DNA from: Acidimicrobiia bacterium
GTDB lineage: Bacteria > Actinomycetota > Acidimicrobiia > Acidimicrobiales > JANYDT01
NCBI GenBank assembly: GCA_031381685.1
Contig: JANMYF010000370.1
Location: 1-56,134 of the forward strand
Direction of reading: 5' to 3'
DNA: 56,134 nucleotides
In this document: positions 28,496-38,166 of the stretch, piece by piece
Position numbering within the stretch: the stretch's first letter is position 1
Layout: the number at the start of each line of letters is the position of its first letter
The notes under the pieces: model-generated
What the model was told of the DNA's origin: nothing
Seen by the model: only the letters and a program-made list of their open reading frames with translations
Database searches by the model: none
Translations under genes and position numbers: made by a program

Positions 28496-29823
28496 GTGGC
28501 CACCCCGAGGGAGCGCAGCCCCTCGACCACGTCGAAGAACTCCGGAAAGGTCTTCGCCACACATCCCGGATCGGCGATGGAAACCCCCGGCGCGGCGAGG
28601 CCGAGGACGGTGAAGCTCATGGCCATACGGTGGTCATCGTAGGTGTGCACGGTGGCCGGCTTGATCCGGCCCGGGTGGATCGTGAAGCCGTCGTCGTCTT
28701 CGGTCGCCTCGACACCGAGTCGTCGGAGTTCGGTGACCACCGCGCGAATGCGGTCGGTCTCCTTGCGGCGGATGAAGCCGATCCCGGTGATGCTGATCGG
28801 CCCGGTGGCCAACGGGGCAATGGCGGCGAGACTCTGCGCGGTGTCCGAGCAGTCCATCATGTCGACGGACCCGCCGCGCAGCGGGCCATTGGCGCGGACT
28901 TCGAGCGCGTCGTCGCTACGGACCACCGTGGCCCCGAGTTCACCGAGCACGTCGGCGAATCGGACGTCGCCCTGCTCCGCACCGGACCCCAGGCCGGGCA
29001 CGCGAACCCTCCCCCCTGTGGCCACGGCGGCCGCGAAGAAGTACGACGCCGCACTCGCGTCCGGCTCGATGGCAAACGACCCGGGGGACGAATAACCCGT
29101 CGGAGAAACAACAAAGCGCTCATAGCTTTCGTTGAGCACCTGTGCCCCGAAGGCCCGCATCACCGAAAGAGACAGGTCGACGTAGGGGGTCGAGACGAGT
29201 TCCCCGGTCACCTCGATGATCATCTCCGACCGGGCGAGCGGGGCGGCGAGCAGGAGCCCGGAGAGGAACTGGCTCGACACGTCTCCCGGCACACGAACGA
29301 CTCCCCCACCCAGACCTGACGCATGCACCCGAACAGGAAGGCGACCGGCCCGCCCGACCGCTTCGTGCCGCACCCCGAGCTGACCCAGCGCCGCGAACAG
29401 GTCGTCCATCGGCCGGGCGCGCATCTGTTCGTGGGCGTCGATGAAAAACGCCCCTTGGCCGGCCGCCAGGTACGGAACCGCAAAACGTGCGGTCGTCCCG
29501 GACCGCCGAACGTCGATCACGACTTCGCGGACATCACCGTCGGTTTCGACTCGCGGGGCCGAGCCCGAGCCGTGAACGACGGCCGTCGCGTTGGCCGCGT
29601 CGTGCTCCACCGTCACGCCCGTGGCACGAAGCACGTCGAGCATCGCGTCGGTGTCGTCGCTCGACAGCACCCCGCTCAACCGGGTCGTGCCTTTCGCCGC
29701 TGCGGCAACGAGCAACGCCCTGTTCGTGAGGCTCTTCGAACCGGGGACGACGACGTCCCCGTCGAGCGCAAACCCCAGCGGAACGATCGGGAACGGGTTG
29801 GGCAGACCCCGATACGAAGGCAC
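28492..29823 (-). CDS. aroA: 3-phosphoshikimate 1-carboxyvinyltransferase
   Basis: PGSKSLTNR, SGTTARF, SSQFLS, KETDR, DHRMAM and CVAKTFP. Confidence 0.97.
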   Translation of the reverse strand: MPSYRGLPNPFPIVPLGFALDGDVVVPGSKSLTNRALLVAAAAKGTTRLSGVLSSDDTDAMLDVLRATGVTVEHDAANATAVVHGSGSAPRVETDGDVREVVIDVRRSGTTARFAVPYLAAGQGAFFIDAHEQMRARPMDDLFAALGQLGVRHEAVGRAGRLPVRVHASGLGGGVVRVPGDVSSQFLSGLLLAAPLARSEMIIEVTGELVSTPYVDLSLSVMRAFGAQVLNESYERFVVSPTGYSSPGSFAIEPDASAASYFFAAAVATGGRVRVPGLGSGAEQGDVRFADVLGELGATVVRSDDALEVRANGPLRGGSVDMMDCSDTAQSLAAIAPLATGPISITGIGFIRRKETDRIRAVVTELRRLGVEATEDDDGFTIHPGRIKPATVHTYDDHRMAMSFTVLGLAAPGVSIADPGCVAKTFPEFFDVVEGLRSLGVAT

Positions 29824-29826
29824 CGA

Positions 29827-30918
29827 TCAGCCCTCGCCCAACGGCGCCACCGACATGCGGAAACCGCGGGCGATGAGCCCGCCGCGGAGGAGATCGGACG
29901 CGTGCTTGGCGATCACCGCGATCAGCACACCACCGCCTTCGGACGAATGGCTGATCTCGATGTCGTAGATGTTGACGCCGAGCTGGCTGGCAAGTGTGGA
30001 CACCTCGGCGATGAAGCCCGGCCGGTCAGGGATCGGCACCCGGATCTCCACGAGCTCCTCGGCGGGAGGTGCCCCGACCGGAAGGTTGATTCGGGCCTCG
30101 CGCGCTCGCTGAAGCAACCGACGGAGTTGCTCACGGTCGCCGTTCGAGACCACGTCGCGCATGCGAGCAAGATCGACGATGAGCTCGTCCATTCCCACGA
30201 CGATCGCATCACGGTTCGTCTCGCAGATATCCAGCCAGATCGTGGGGTGTCCGGCGGCGATCCGGGTCATGTCGCGGAAGCCGCCGCCGGCCAGGCGAAG
30301 CAGTGTCGCGTGTTCCTCCGCTCCGTCGGCAGCAACCGACATGAGTGACGCCGCGGCGAGGTGGGGCACGTGGGAGACCGTCGCCACGAGACGATCGTGA
30401 TGGGCCGGGTCGACCGACACCACCAGCGCCCCGAAGGACGCAACGATGGCGTGCAGGGTGGCGTAGGCATCGGCGTCGGTGTCGGCCGTGGGCGTGAGCA
30501 CCCAGGTTCGGCCCTGGAACATGTCGGCGTCGGATCCGTCGATGCCATCGAGTTCGGAGCCGGCCATGGGATGGCCGCCGACGAAGCGCGGGTGGCCGAG
30601 AGCATTGACGATCGGGGACTTCACGCTCCCGAGGTCGGTCACGATTCCTCCGTGGGTGAGTGCCTCCCGCGCGAGACCGACGACGGCGAGCACGGGTGTG
30701 CACACGAACGTGACCTCTGCCCGAGGTTCGAAGCCTTCGGCGTCGAACGCCCCACGCTCGACACCGCGTTGGACGTGCTCGGACATCCGGTCGGAACCCC
30801 ACACCCTCCAACCCTGCGCCCGCAGGGCCATACCCACCGACCCGCCCATGAGCCCGGCACCGACAACATTGGCGCGCCGAACGATACCGTCACCAACCGT
30901 TGATTCCACCCCGGACAC
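29827..30918 (-). CDS. tyrA: Prephenate/arogenate dehydrogenase with C-terminal ACT domain
   Basis: GAGLMGGS, DLGSVK, GGHPMAGSE, HD..VSHVPH, GFRDMTRIA and the ACT motif PDRPG. Confidence 0.93.
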   Translation of the reverse strand: MSGVESTVGDGIVRRANVVGAGLMGGSVGMALRAQGWRVWGSDRMSEHVQRGVERGAFDAEGFEPRAEVTFVCTPVLAVVGLAREALTHGGIVTDLGSVKSPIVNALGHPRFVGGHPMAGSELDGIDGSDADMFQGRTWVLTPTADTDADAYATLHAIVASFGALVVSVDPAHHDRLVATVSHVPHLAAASLMSVAADGAEEHATLLRLAGGGFRDMTRIAAGHPTIWLDICETNRDAIVVGMDELIVDLARMRDVVSNGDREQLRRLLQRAREARINLPVGAPPAEELVEIRVPIPDRPGFIAEVSTLASQLGVNIYDIEISHSSEGGGVLIAVIAKHASDLLRGGLIARGFRMSVAPLGEG

Positions 30919-30992
30919 GGCCGTTCACCCTACTGGTCAGCGCTCCGGCAGAACGGCCGACGCCGAACCATCCGGGCTCGCCGCTGCGTTCC

Positions 30993-32162
30993 TCAGCCTC
31001 GCCGGACGTGACGCCGGATGTAGTCGAACAGCGGATCGAACTGGGCCGAGTCGTCGGTGAACTCGGGGAAGTTGTACGCCATGTCGAACCACTGGTTGGC
31101 CTGGCGGACAACTCGCCCGATGGCGTAGGCCATGTGGTCCGTCTGAACACGGACCAACTGACCTGACCTAGTGGACTCCGTATAGGCCCGTGCCGCGGCC
31201 AGATCGAGCATGGACTCGATGTCGCCGGTCGTGCACCCTTGCAGTTCACCGGCCGTCCGGTCGACGTCGATGTCGTGGGAGATCTCGCGCCGACGCAACG
31301 ACGACATCAGCAGGTGGCGGCGCGCCGCGCGGTCCGGCGGCCCGATGAGAACGGCGTCGTGGAGACGACCCGGTCGACGAAGCACCGCCTGGATCAGCCA
31401 CGGAGCTGACGAGGTTGCGACCACGAACGTCTGGGTGCCCGGAATGGTGTCAAGCCCAAGGAGGAGATCGGTCAGGACCTTGCGCCCTTTCGCCGAGTAG
31501 CGGAGCCGCCGATGTGTCGCGAGCTCCACATTGGCGAGGAGCAACACGTTGGGACCCGCCGAGCGGCATTGCGCAAACGCCTCCTGGATCGCCGCAAGGT
31601 CAGGCTCACCCCAGGGGTCGACGACCGCAGCGAGATCGATCTCGATCACTGGCAGGGCGACTTCCCCCGCCGCGACGTAGGCAAAGAACCGCTTGCCCGA
31701 CGACGGCGGACCGTACAGCAGGGCGCCCTCGGCGTCGACGGCACCGAGCCGCAACGCCGCCCGCCACGGGTCGACGAGGGAACGTTCGACCCGCCGACGA
31801 TCCTCAACCATGCCGGCCACGTCGCCGAAGCCCAGCAGCGACACGACAGCCGAGGGTGTGAGGCCCGGCGCAGCGCGGAGTTCGGAACCGGTGACGACGT
31901 CGCCGCGCTGCACCGACCGCAGCGTCATTCCGAACGCGACAGCGGCTCGATGGTCGCCGCTCAGATCCGCCGCCATCGCCGCCAGACCCAGCAACGACGC
32001 GTCCCGTGGGGCTCCGGTCAGCAGGATCCGGGCATGCACCAAGGCGCCGCCAGGCTGTCCGGCTCCGAGGAGGATCTCCGCGAGTTGGCGTCGAAGGTCA
32101 GTGTTTGCCGCATCGGCGGCCACCATGGCCTCGAGTTGTGGCAGATCACGATCGTCGAGCAC
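30993..32162 (-). CDS. TPR-like N-terminus plus AAA+ ATPase-like protein with degenerate Walker B
   Basis: FGDVAGM, LLYGPPSSGKR, LLLANVE (in place of hhhhDE), LRRPGRL and PPD. Confidence 0.75.
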   Translation of the reverse strand: MLDDRDLPQLEAMVAADAANTDLRRQLAEILLGAGQPGGALVHARILLTGAPRDASLLGLAAMAADLSGDHRAAVAFGMTLRSVQRGDVVTGSELRAAPGLTPSAVVSLLGFGDVAGMVEDRRRVERSLVDPWRAALRLGAVDAEGALLYGPPSSGKRFFAYVAAGEVALPVIEIDLAAVVDPWGEPDLAAIQEAFAQCRSAGPNVLLLANVELATHRRLRYSAKGRKVLTDLLLGLDTIPGTQTFVVATSSAPWLIQAVLRRPGRLHDAVLIGPPDRAARRHLLMSSLRRREISHDIDVDRTAGELQGCTTGDIESMLDLAAARAYTESTRSGQLVRVQTDHMAYAIGRVVRQANQWFDMAYNFPEFTDDSAQFDPLFDYIRRHVRRG

Positions 32163-32253
32163 GCGTTCACCCTAGCAACCACTGTGCGTGACTGATAGGT
32201 GGTTCAGTCCAAACAGGTCGCGCTACCCAGGCCATGGTGCCCCTCAGACCCGA

Positions 32254-35200
32254 TCATCGGGTCATCCCCGTGTCCTCCCGTAGCCCGACGCGAGCCACCT
32301 GCACGATCGAGTAGGACCCGTCACCGAGGACCACGCCCCGCCCCGGCCCGCCTCGAACGTTGAGGCGTCTCGGAAGCGGCGTGTGCCACAGGTCGCCGTC
32401 GATCTCGGGATTCGGACGAAGCGCCAGTCCGTGACGTGAGCGCCGCGCCGCTGCCGACCAGTGCCCGTAGGCCCCACGGAGCACGTCGGCCCGTCCCGCC
32501 AGCACGATGCGCAGGGATCCGGTGTCGTCGGCGAGCAACCGCGCCAGCTGTCCCTGCGGGTCGTCGATCCGTTCGACGTCATCGATGGTTACGAGGACTC
32601 GGTGACCGCGACGGCAGGCATCCCGCACGGATTCGATGAGCACCGCCACCTCTCGGTCCCGGCGCCAGGGCAGGACCTCGACGTCGGACTGACGGGCCTT
32701 GACGGCCGCCGCGATCGTGGCGAGCGCCGTGGACCGGCCACTGCGTGCGGACCCGCAGACGAGAAACGGTTCCCCCGCACGCAGATGAACCCGGACCACG
32801 CCCAGCGTGTCACCACCGAGACCGATGGGGACCACCCACGCCGACCCGTCCGGAGATGGGCCATGGCGCGAACCGTCATCGGCCTCGAGAACCTCGTCGA
32901 GCGACACATCCCCGGCGAGCACGTCGACACCCGGAGCCCGGCGCTCCTCCCCGACCACAGCCGCGGACAATGCCACGGCGTGATCATCCGTCTGCCATAT
33001 CTGCACTTCGACACCCGGCCGACCGCCGATCAGCGCGCGTCCGGGGACACCGACGGCCAACGGCGAAAACCGCACGCCGGCCGCCGCGGCCTCGGTCGTA
33101 TCCGCGGGGCACAGCACGATCCGGGTGGCGATGGACGGTGCGATCGCGTTCGGCAGCGAGGTCGCCCGATCGGTTCCGATGACGAAACGAATGCCGAGTG
33201 CGGCGCCCTCGACGATCAGCCGCACCAATGAATCTCCGAGCGTGAGCATGGCGATGTCGCCACCTGGCGTGCGGAGGGCCGACCAACCGTCGATCACGAC
33301 GACGATGGGCGCGAACCCCTCGGCAGCGCTCGCCACCTCCCGTCGAATCGCGACTTCGGCTCCGAGGCGGGCGACAAGCCGCTCACGGCGTTCCTCTTCG
33401 TGTCCTCCGATGACCGCCCCGACTCTCGGGAACGCCGTCAGCGGCTCGAGCTCCCGACCGAGGAGGTCCAGAACGTAGATCTGCGTTGTTCGGTGGGCCG
33501 ACGATGATGCAAGCGCACAGACGATCGCTCGAAGCGTCGTGGTGACCCCGCTTCCGAGCGAGCCCACCACAGCGATACCTCCTGTGCTGAGATCGGGAAC
33601 GTACTCGCCCTGCCATTGCGCGGCGGCCTCATCGGCAAGACCGATCGAGGCCGCATCGCTCCATGGTCGGATCAACAGGGGAGGAAGGGCCTCCGGCCAC
33701 GGTTGTCGTGGTGGCGCCGAACCGGCGAGGCGATGCACTTGGGTGATCAGGCTGACGCGACGCGCCAGTGGTGTCGTTTCGTCGGGGACGGAATCTGCCG
33801 GCCGGGGGAAGCGGACAAGCTCGCGGCCGTCGAAATCGAACACCGTCGTGACCATCCGCATGGCGTCGAGGCCGACGGCGGCTATCTGCACGGCCGTCAC
33901 ATCACCGGGACCGAAGCGGACGAGGGCGCGTCCCGGGCAGCGACGGTCGAGGAACGCCGCGTCGGGATGACCGATCACGTCCACGGAATCCGTCGGGTCC
34001 TGCACCCGCAGTGCGATGCGGATATTGGTGTTGGCGCGGATCGCATCGGTGACGGTGCCGGCGGGCCGTTGCGTCGCGAGAACGAGGTGGAGTCCGAGGG
34101 TGCGGCCGCGCTGTGCCAGCGACACCAGCGAGGGCACGAAGTTGGGAAGGTCACGCACGAGCGCGGCCAGTTCGTCGATGACCACCAGCAATCGCGGCAT
34201 CGGTTCGTGCCCGACACGGGCCGCATACGAGACGAGATCCCGATCTCCCGTGCCCCTGAGCACCGATTCCCGACGACGTAGCTCGGCCTCCAGGCAGGTC
34301 AGCGCCCTCGCCGCAAGACCCGCATCGAGGTCGGTCACGAATCCAACGGTGTGAGGAAGCGATGCGCACTCGGCGAACGCGCTGCCGCCCTTATAGTCGA
34401 TCAGCACGAACGTCACGAGGTCGGGTGGATAACGGGCGGCCAGGCCGGCGACCATCGTGCGCAACAGCTCGCTCTTCCCGGATCCGGTCGTTCCGGCGAC
34501 CAAGGCGTGCGGTCCATCGACCACCAAGTCGATGTCGAAGCACCGTCGGCCATCGGTCCCCATCGGCGCGACGAGCGATGCCGAAGAACGCGAGGCCGGG
34601 AGGTCCGAATCGAGATCCGCCAACAGATCGTCGAAGGGCAGTGACGCGGGAAGTGAGGACGATGGCATCGTTGCTTCACTCCAGCGTGACAGCAGCGTTG
34701 CGACGCGCTCGAGACCTCGAGCAGACGCACCGTCAGCGATGACGTCGGTGCTCTCCCCACCGACCGAGCGTTGCACGGTGGCCAGCGGACCGCCCCCCAT
34801 GTGCACCACCGTCGTCGCGTCCGACGGAACCTGCTCCAGTCGGTCGACGACGACGATCACCGCGCCGTCTCGGCAGGAATCCCGGAAATGGCGACGGTTC
34901 GCCGCGCCGGTCACACCACCACCGACGAACTGAACGAACACCGTGTGAGGCGCAGCGTCGACGTCGACCGGGTGCGGAAGCCATCGGCGCCACTCCTGCT
35001 GCGACTCCCCGGGAACGTCGTCGGTGAGGATCGCCAACGATGAAGGCCCGAATCCGGTCACGAGCGAAACGATCAACGCACGCGCGACATCTCTCGAGCG
35101 CTGACCGACCACAACGACGACCTCACGCGGGCCGACATCGACCGTGATTGCAGCTTCCGGTACCACCAGAGAATCGAGCAGCTCGGCAACGGCATCGGGC

Positions 35201-36267
35201 ACCGGTCCGGCGGTGCTCAGCGGCGGGCGGAAGCGAACCGGCCCCACTCCCAAGCGCACCTGCCAGCCCAATCCGTCTCCCTCACCGCGCCTCCAGATGC
35301 GACTGCCGGCCCCGGCCGCCGCAGTGAGGAGTCGAGAGGCATCCGGGAAATCCACGCATCGCTTCGCGGTCCACTCGCGCTCGGCGGTCGTCAACCTCAC
35401 CACGAACGCATCGAAGGCCGATGCGAAGTCGCGCTCACCCGTGCGTCGCTCGCGAGACGCCGCGCGGCGATCATCCAACACGTTCACCACCATGAACACC
35501 GGAGACAGCAGTGCGAACACCGCGAGCCGCGGATCAAGGAGCAGGGCCATCGCCAAGCCCGCGACGAGAGGCCCAAGGATCGCCCCCGGCCGCACTCGCA
35601 GCCTGATGCGAGTGCCAGGGCGAGCCACGGGGACGTCGAGTGGTGGAGGCGGGGTGTACCCGGCGGCGCTCCGATGGGTCAGCCAGGTTCCCGTCGACGG
35701 ATCGAAGTCGTAGGCCCCGACGGGTTGAACCGCCTCGTGTTCGATGAACCGGCACACGACGGTCGTGGTCCCGAGTCGCACCGTCGTCTCTTTGCACTCG
35801 CGATCGTGCGACACGTGCGTGCCATTTCGTGAGCCAAGGTCACGCACGTCGAGAGAGTCGGCAAGGGCGAGGAATTCGGCGTGGCGCGCGGAGAGGGTGC
35901 CGTCGTCGATCGTCCACACCCCCGGCGGGTCGGTCTCCGTACTGGAGGAGCGCCGGCCAATGACGACGGACGAGCCCGGGCGAAGAGAGTGGGACTGCAG
36001 CATGTCGGGTCCGGCTGCGACGACGAGTGACCACTCTCGCGTTCCCTTCCCGGTGCAGGACGTCTCGAGGACTCCGTTCGAGACGTCGGCGAGCAGCCTG
36101 TCCGGCCCAGCCCACGCGCCACCGAGCGAGCGCACGACGGTTGCCGCAGTCACATCACCGGGCGCGGCGACGATGATCCGGCGTCCGTCGACCAGAAGCT
36201 TGCGCCGCACGCGGCCAGTTCGATCGGCGGCGTTCGGCGTAGACGGGAAGGTCGCTGCACAGGTCAT
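32254..36267 (-). CDS. FHA-domain FtsK/SpoIIIE (EccC/EssC-like) membrane ATPase
   Basis: FHA (IGR..SARHA..DLGSRNGT), 2 TM, GPHALVAGTTGSGKSE, IDYKGG, VVIDE, GRTLGLHLVLATQRP, and two further degenerate ATPase domains. Start uncertain. Confidence 0.88.
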   Translation of the reverse strand: MTCAATFPSTPNAADRTGRVRRKLLVDGRRIIVAAPGDVTAATVVRSLGGAWAGPDRLLADVSNGVLETSCTGKGTREWSLVVAAGPDMLQSHSLRPGSSVVIGRRSSSTETDPPGVWTIDDGTLSARHAEFLALADSLDVRDLGSRNGTHVSHDRECKETTVRLGTTTVVCRFIEHEAVQPVGAYDFDPSTGTWLTHRSAAGYTPPPPLDVPVARPGTRIRLRVRPGAILGPLVAGLAMALLLDPRLAVFALLSPVFMVVNVLDDRRAASRERRTGERDFASAFDAFVVRLTTAEREWTAKRCVDFPDASRLLTAAAGAGSRIWRRGEGDGLGWQVRLGVGPVRFRPPLSTAGPVPDAVAELLDSLVVPEAAITVDVGPREVVVVVGQRSRDVARALIVSLVTGFGPSSLAILTDDVPGESQQEWRRWLPHPVDVDAAPHTVFVQFVGGGVTGAANRRHFRDSCRDGAVIVVVDRLEQVPSDATTVVHMGGGPLATVQRSVGGESTDVIADGASARGLERVATLLSRWSEATMPSSSLPASLPFDDLLADLDSDLPASRSSASLVAPMGTDGRRCFDIDLVVDGPHALVAGTTGSGKSELLRTMVAGLAARYPPDLVTFVLIDYKGGSAFAECASLPHTVGFVTDLDAGLAARALTCLEAELRRRESVLRGTGDRDLVSYAARVGHEPMPRLLVVIDELAALVRDLPNFVPSLVSLAQRGRTLGLHLVLATQRPAGTVTDAIRANTNIRIALRVQDPTDSVDVIGHPDAAFLDRRCPGRALVRFGPGDVTAVQIAAVGLDAMRMVTTVFDFDGRELVRFPRPADSVPDETTPLARRVSLITQVHRLAGSAPPRQPWPEALPPLLIRPWSDAASIGLADEAAAQWQGEYVPDLSTGGIAVVGSLGSGVTTTLRAIVCALASSSAHRTTQIYVLDLLGRELEPLTAFPRVGAVIGGHEEERRERLVARLGAEVAIRREVASAAEGFAPIVVVIDGWSALRTPGGDIAMLTLGDSLVRLIVEGAALGIRFVIGTDRATSLPNAIAPSIATRIVLCPADTTEAAAAGVRFSPLAVGVPGRALIGGRPGVEVQIWQTDDHAVALSAAVVGEERRAPGVDVLAGDVSLDEVLEADDGSRHGPSPDGSAWVVPIGLGGDTLGVVRVHLRAGEPFLVCGSARSGRSTALATIAAAVKARQSDVEVLPWRRDREVAVLIESVRDACRRGHRVLVTIDDVERIDDPQGQLARLLADDTGSLRIVLAGRADVLRGAYGHWSAAARRSRHGLALRPNPEIDGDLWHTPLPRRLNVRGGPGRGVVLGDGSYSIVQVARVGLREDTGMTR

Positions 36268-36340
36268 GGAGCGACGGTAGAGAACGGGCGGCGGTCGTCG
36301 GTCGACTCGCGCGCCGATGCGCCGCCGGTCAGCGGATTGG

Positions 36341-37435
36341 TCAGCGAGTTGGTCGTCGCCGCGAGCCGCGCCACGCGGCCGGATTGTCCGGCACGGCCAG
36401 GCGACGTTCACGATTGCCGTCGGATGCTGCCGCGTCGACCCGCGGAGCGAGACCCGGCGCAGCAACGGGACGGGGACGTTTCTCTCCGGAAGCCTGGGCC
36501 AGCGACAAGATCTCCGGAGTCGTCAGACGTCGATACTCGCCGGGCGCCAGCGTCGGGTCCGCCAGCGGACCGATGCGGGTGCGCACCAGTCGCAGTACCG
36601 GATGGCCGACAGCCGCGAGCATTCGTCGTACCTGACGATTGCGCCCCTCGTGGATCGAAATTCGGACCATCCCGTCGGCGATCACGTTCACTTCAGCCGG
36701 CGCCGTCATGCCGTCTTCCAACTCGATGCCGTCACGAAGCGAACGGACCGCGCCCCGGTCCGGCGTCCCCTCGACCGAGACGAGGTACTCCTTCATGACC
36801 CCGTAGCTCGGGTGGGTGAGTCGATGGGTGAGATCACCGTCGTTCGTCAGCAGCAGCAGACCTTCGCTGTCCGCATCGAGGCGGCCGACGGAGAACACCC
36901 GGGGCTCGGCCGGAACGAGATCGACCACGATGGGGCGTCCCTGCGGGTCGTCCGCGGTGGTGACGACGCCACGCGGCTTGTTGAGCAGATACCAGACGGT
37001 GTCGGGCCGGACCGTCACCGGGACACCGTCGATGGCGATCGCTACTTCGTCCTCGTGCACCCGACGGCCGAGCACTGCGACGACGCCGTCGATGGTGACA
37101 CGGCCTTCCGCGATCAGCGATTCACATTCGCGTCGGCTGGCCACACCGATGCGGGCTAGGACTTTCTGCAGCCGCTCGCCGTCGGCCGCCGGGTTGGTCC
37201 CGCCGGCGACACCGGGGAGGAAATCGAACATCTCGTCGATGCGCTGACGACGCGTCACGGCGTCGTCAACCGTGCCCGCCGCGTCCTCGCGTACGTCGTC
37301 GGTGTCTTCGGCGGGCGACTGCTGATCGTTCACGTTGCTGCTTTCAACCGTGCGGGCCTCGACGTTCGAAGCATCCGTTCCTCCGGCATCGGCCGGACCC
37401 TCTCGTTCGTGTTCGTGCCCGTTGCCGTTGCTCAT
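36341..37435 (-). CDS. rluB: 23S rRNA pseudouridine synthase (RluB/RsuA family)
   Basis: S4 domain ERLQKVLA..SRR, LNKPRG, VGRLD, KEY and EGRNRQVRRM. Confidence 0.93.
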   Translation of the reverse strand: MSNGNGHEHEREGPADAGGTDASNVEARTVESSNVNDQQSPAEDTDDVREDAAGTVDDAVTRRQRIDEMFDFLPGVAGGTNPAADGERLQKVLARIGVASRRECESLIAEGRVTIDGVVAVLGRRVHEDEVAIAIDGVPVTVRPDTVWYLLNKPRGVVTTADDPQGRPIVVDLVPAEPRVFSVGRLDADSEGLLLLTNDGDLTHRLTHPSYGVMKEYLVSVEGTPDRGAVRSLRDGIELEDGMTAPAEVNVIADGMVRISIHEGRNRQVRRMLAAVGHPVLRLVRTRIGPLADPTLAPGEYRRLTTPEILSLAQASGEKRPRPVAAPGLAPRVDAAASDGNRERRLAVPDNPAAWRGSRRRPTR

Positions 37436-38166
37436 TCGTCACCCGGGTCGAGTTCGCCCGGACCAGAGGATGACGTCGCTGACCCTGACGGCGAGAGCAC
37501 AGCGTTCGCGTCGGTGCGCATGGTGCGACCGCTCGCGCCATCGACGCGCAGCGAGGCCTCGAGGACCTCCATCACATCGGCCCCCGGCACCAGATCGCCG
37601 AGTGGAGGCAGGTCCCGGAGCGAGTCGAGGCCGAGGTTCGAGAGGAAGAGCGCGGTGGTCCCGAACAGCAGCGCCTGACCGGGGCCCGGGTCGACGCCGA
37701 TCTCGGCGACATATCCGCGCTGCACCAGCGTCTTCATCGTGCCATCCACGTTGACGCCACGGATCTGGGCGATCTGGGCCCGACTGATCGGCTGCTTGTA
37801 GGCCACGATCGCGAGGGTCTCCAGTGCCGCGCCAGTGAGGCGCGGGGCCTGATCGCCCACGACGAAGCGCTCGACGTAGGGAGCGAGATCCGGATGGCTC
37901 TGGAATCGATACCCTCCCGCAGCACGTACGAGCTGGAAACCACGGTGCTCGGCCTCGTAGGCCGCCGCCAACGCCGCACAGCTCTCCTCGACCACGCCCG
38001 GCGAGATCTCCAGCAGCTCGCCGAGGAGCTGCGGCGACACCGGTTCGTCGGCGACCATGAGGACGGCCTCGATCGCCCTCCTCACGTCATCGTGTTGGAG
38101 TTGTTCCTCGACCTCCGCCGCGTCGGGGCTCATCTGCTCGTTGTTCCTGTCAGCCGTCATAGTCAT
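37432..38166 (-). CDS. scpB: SMC-Scp complex subunit ScpB
   Basis: IEAVL, AGGYRF, ALETLAIVAYKQPISR..IRGV, GTT..FL and LP. Confidence 0.95.
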   Translation of the reverse strand: MTMTADRNNEQMSPDAAEVEEQLQHDDVRRAIEAVLMVADEPVSPQLLGELLEISPGVVEESCAALAAAYEAEHRGFQLVRAAGGYRFQSHPDLAPYVERFVVGDQAPRLTGAALETLAIVAYKQPISRAQIAQIRGVNVDGTMKTLVQRGYVAEIGVDPGPGQALLFGTTALFLSNLGLDSLRDLPPLGDLVPGADVMEVLEASLRVDGASGRTMRTDANAVLSPSGSATSSSGPGELDPGDE

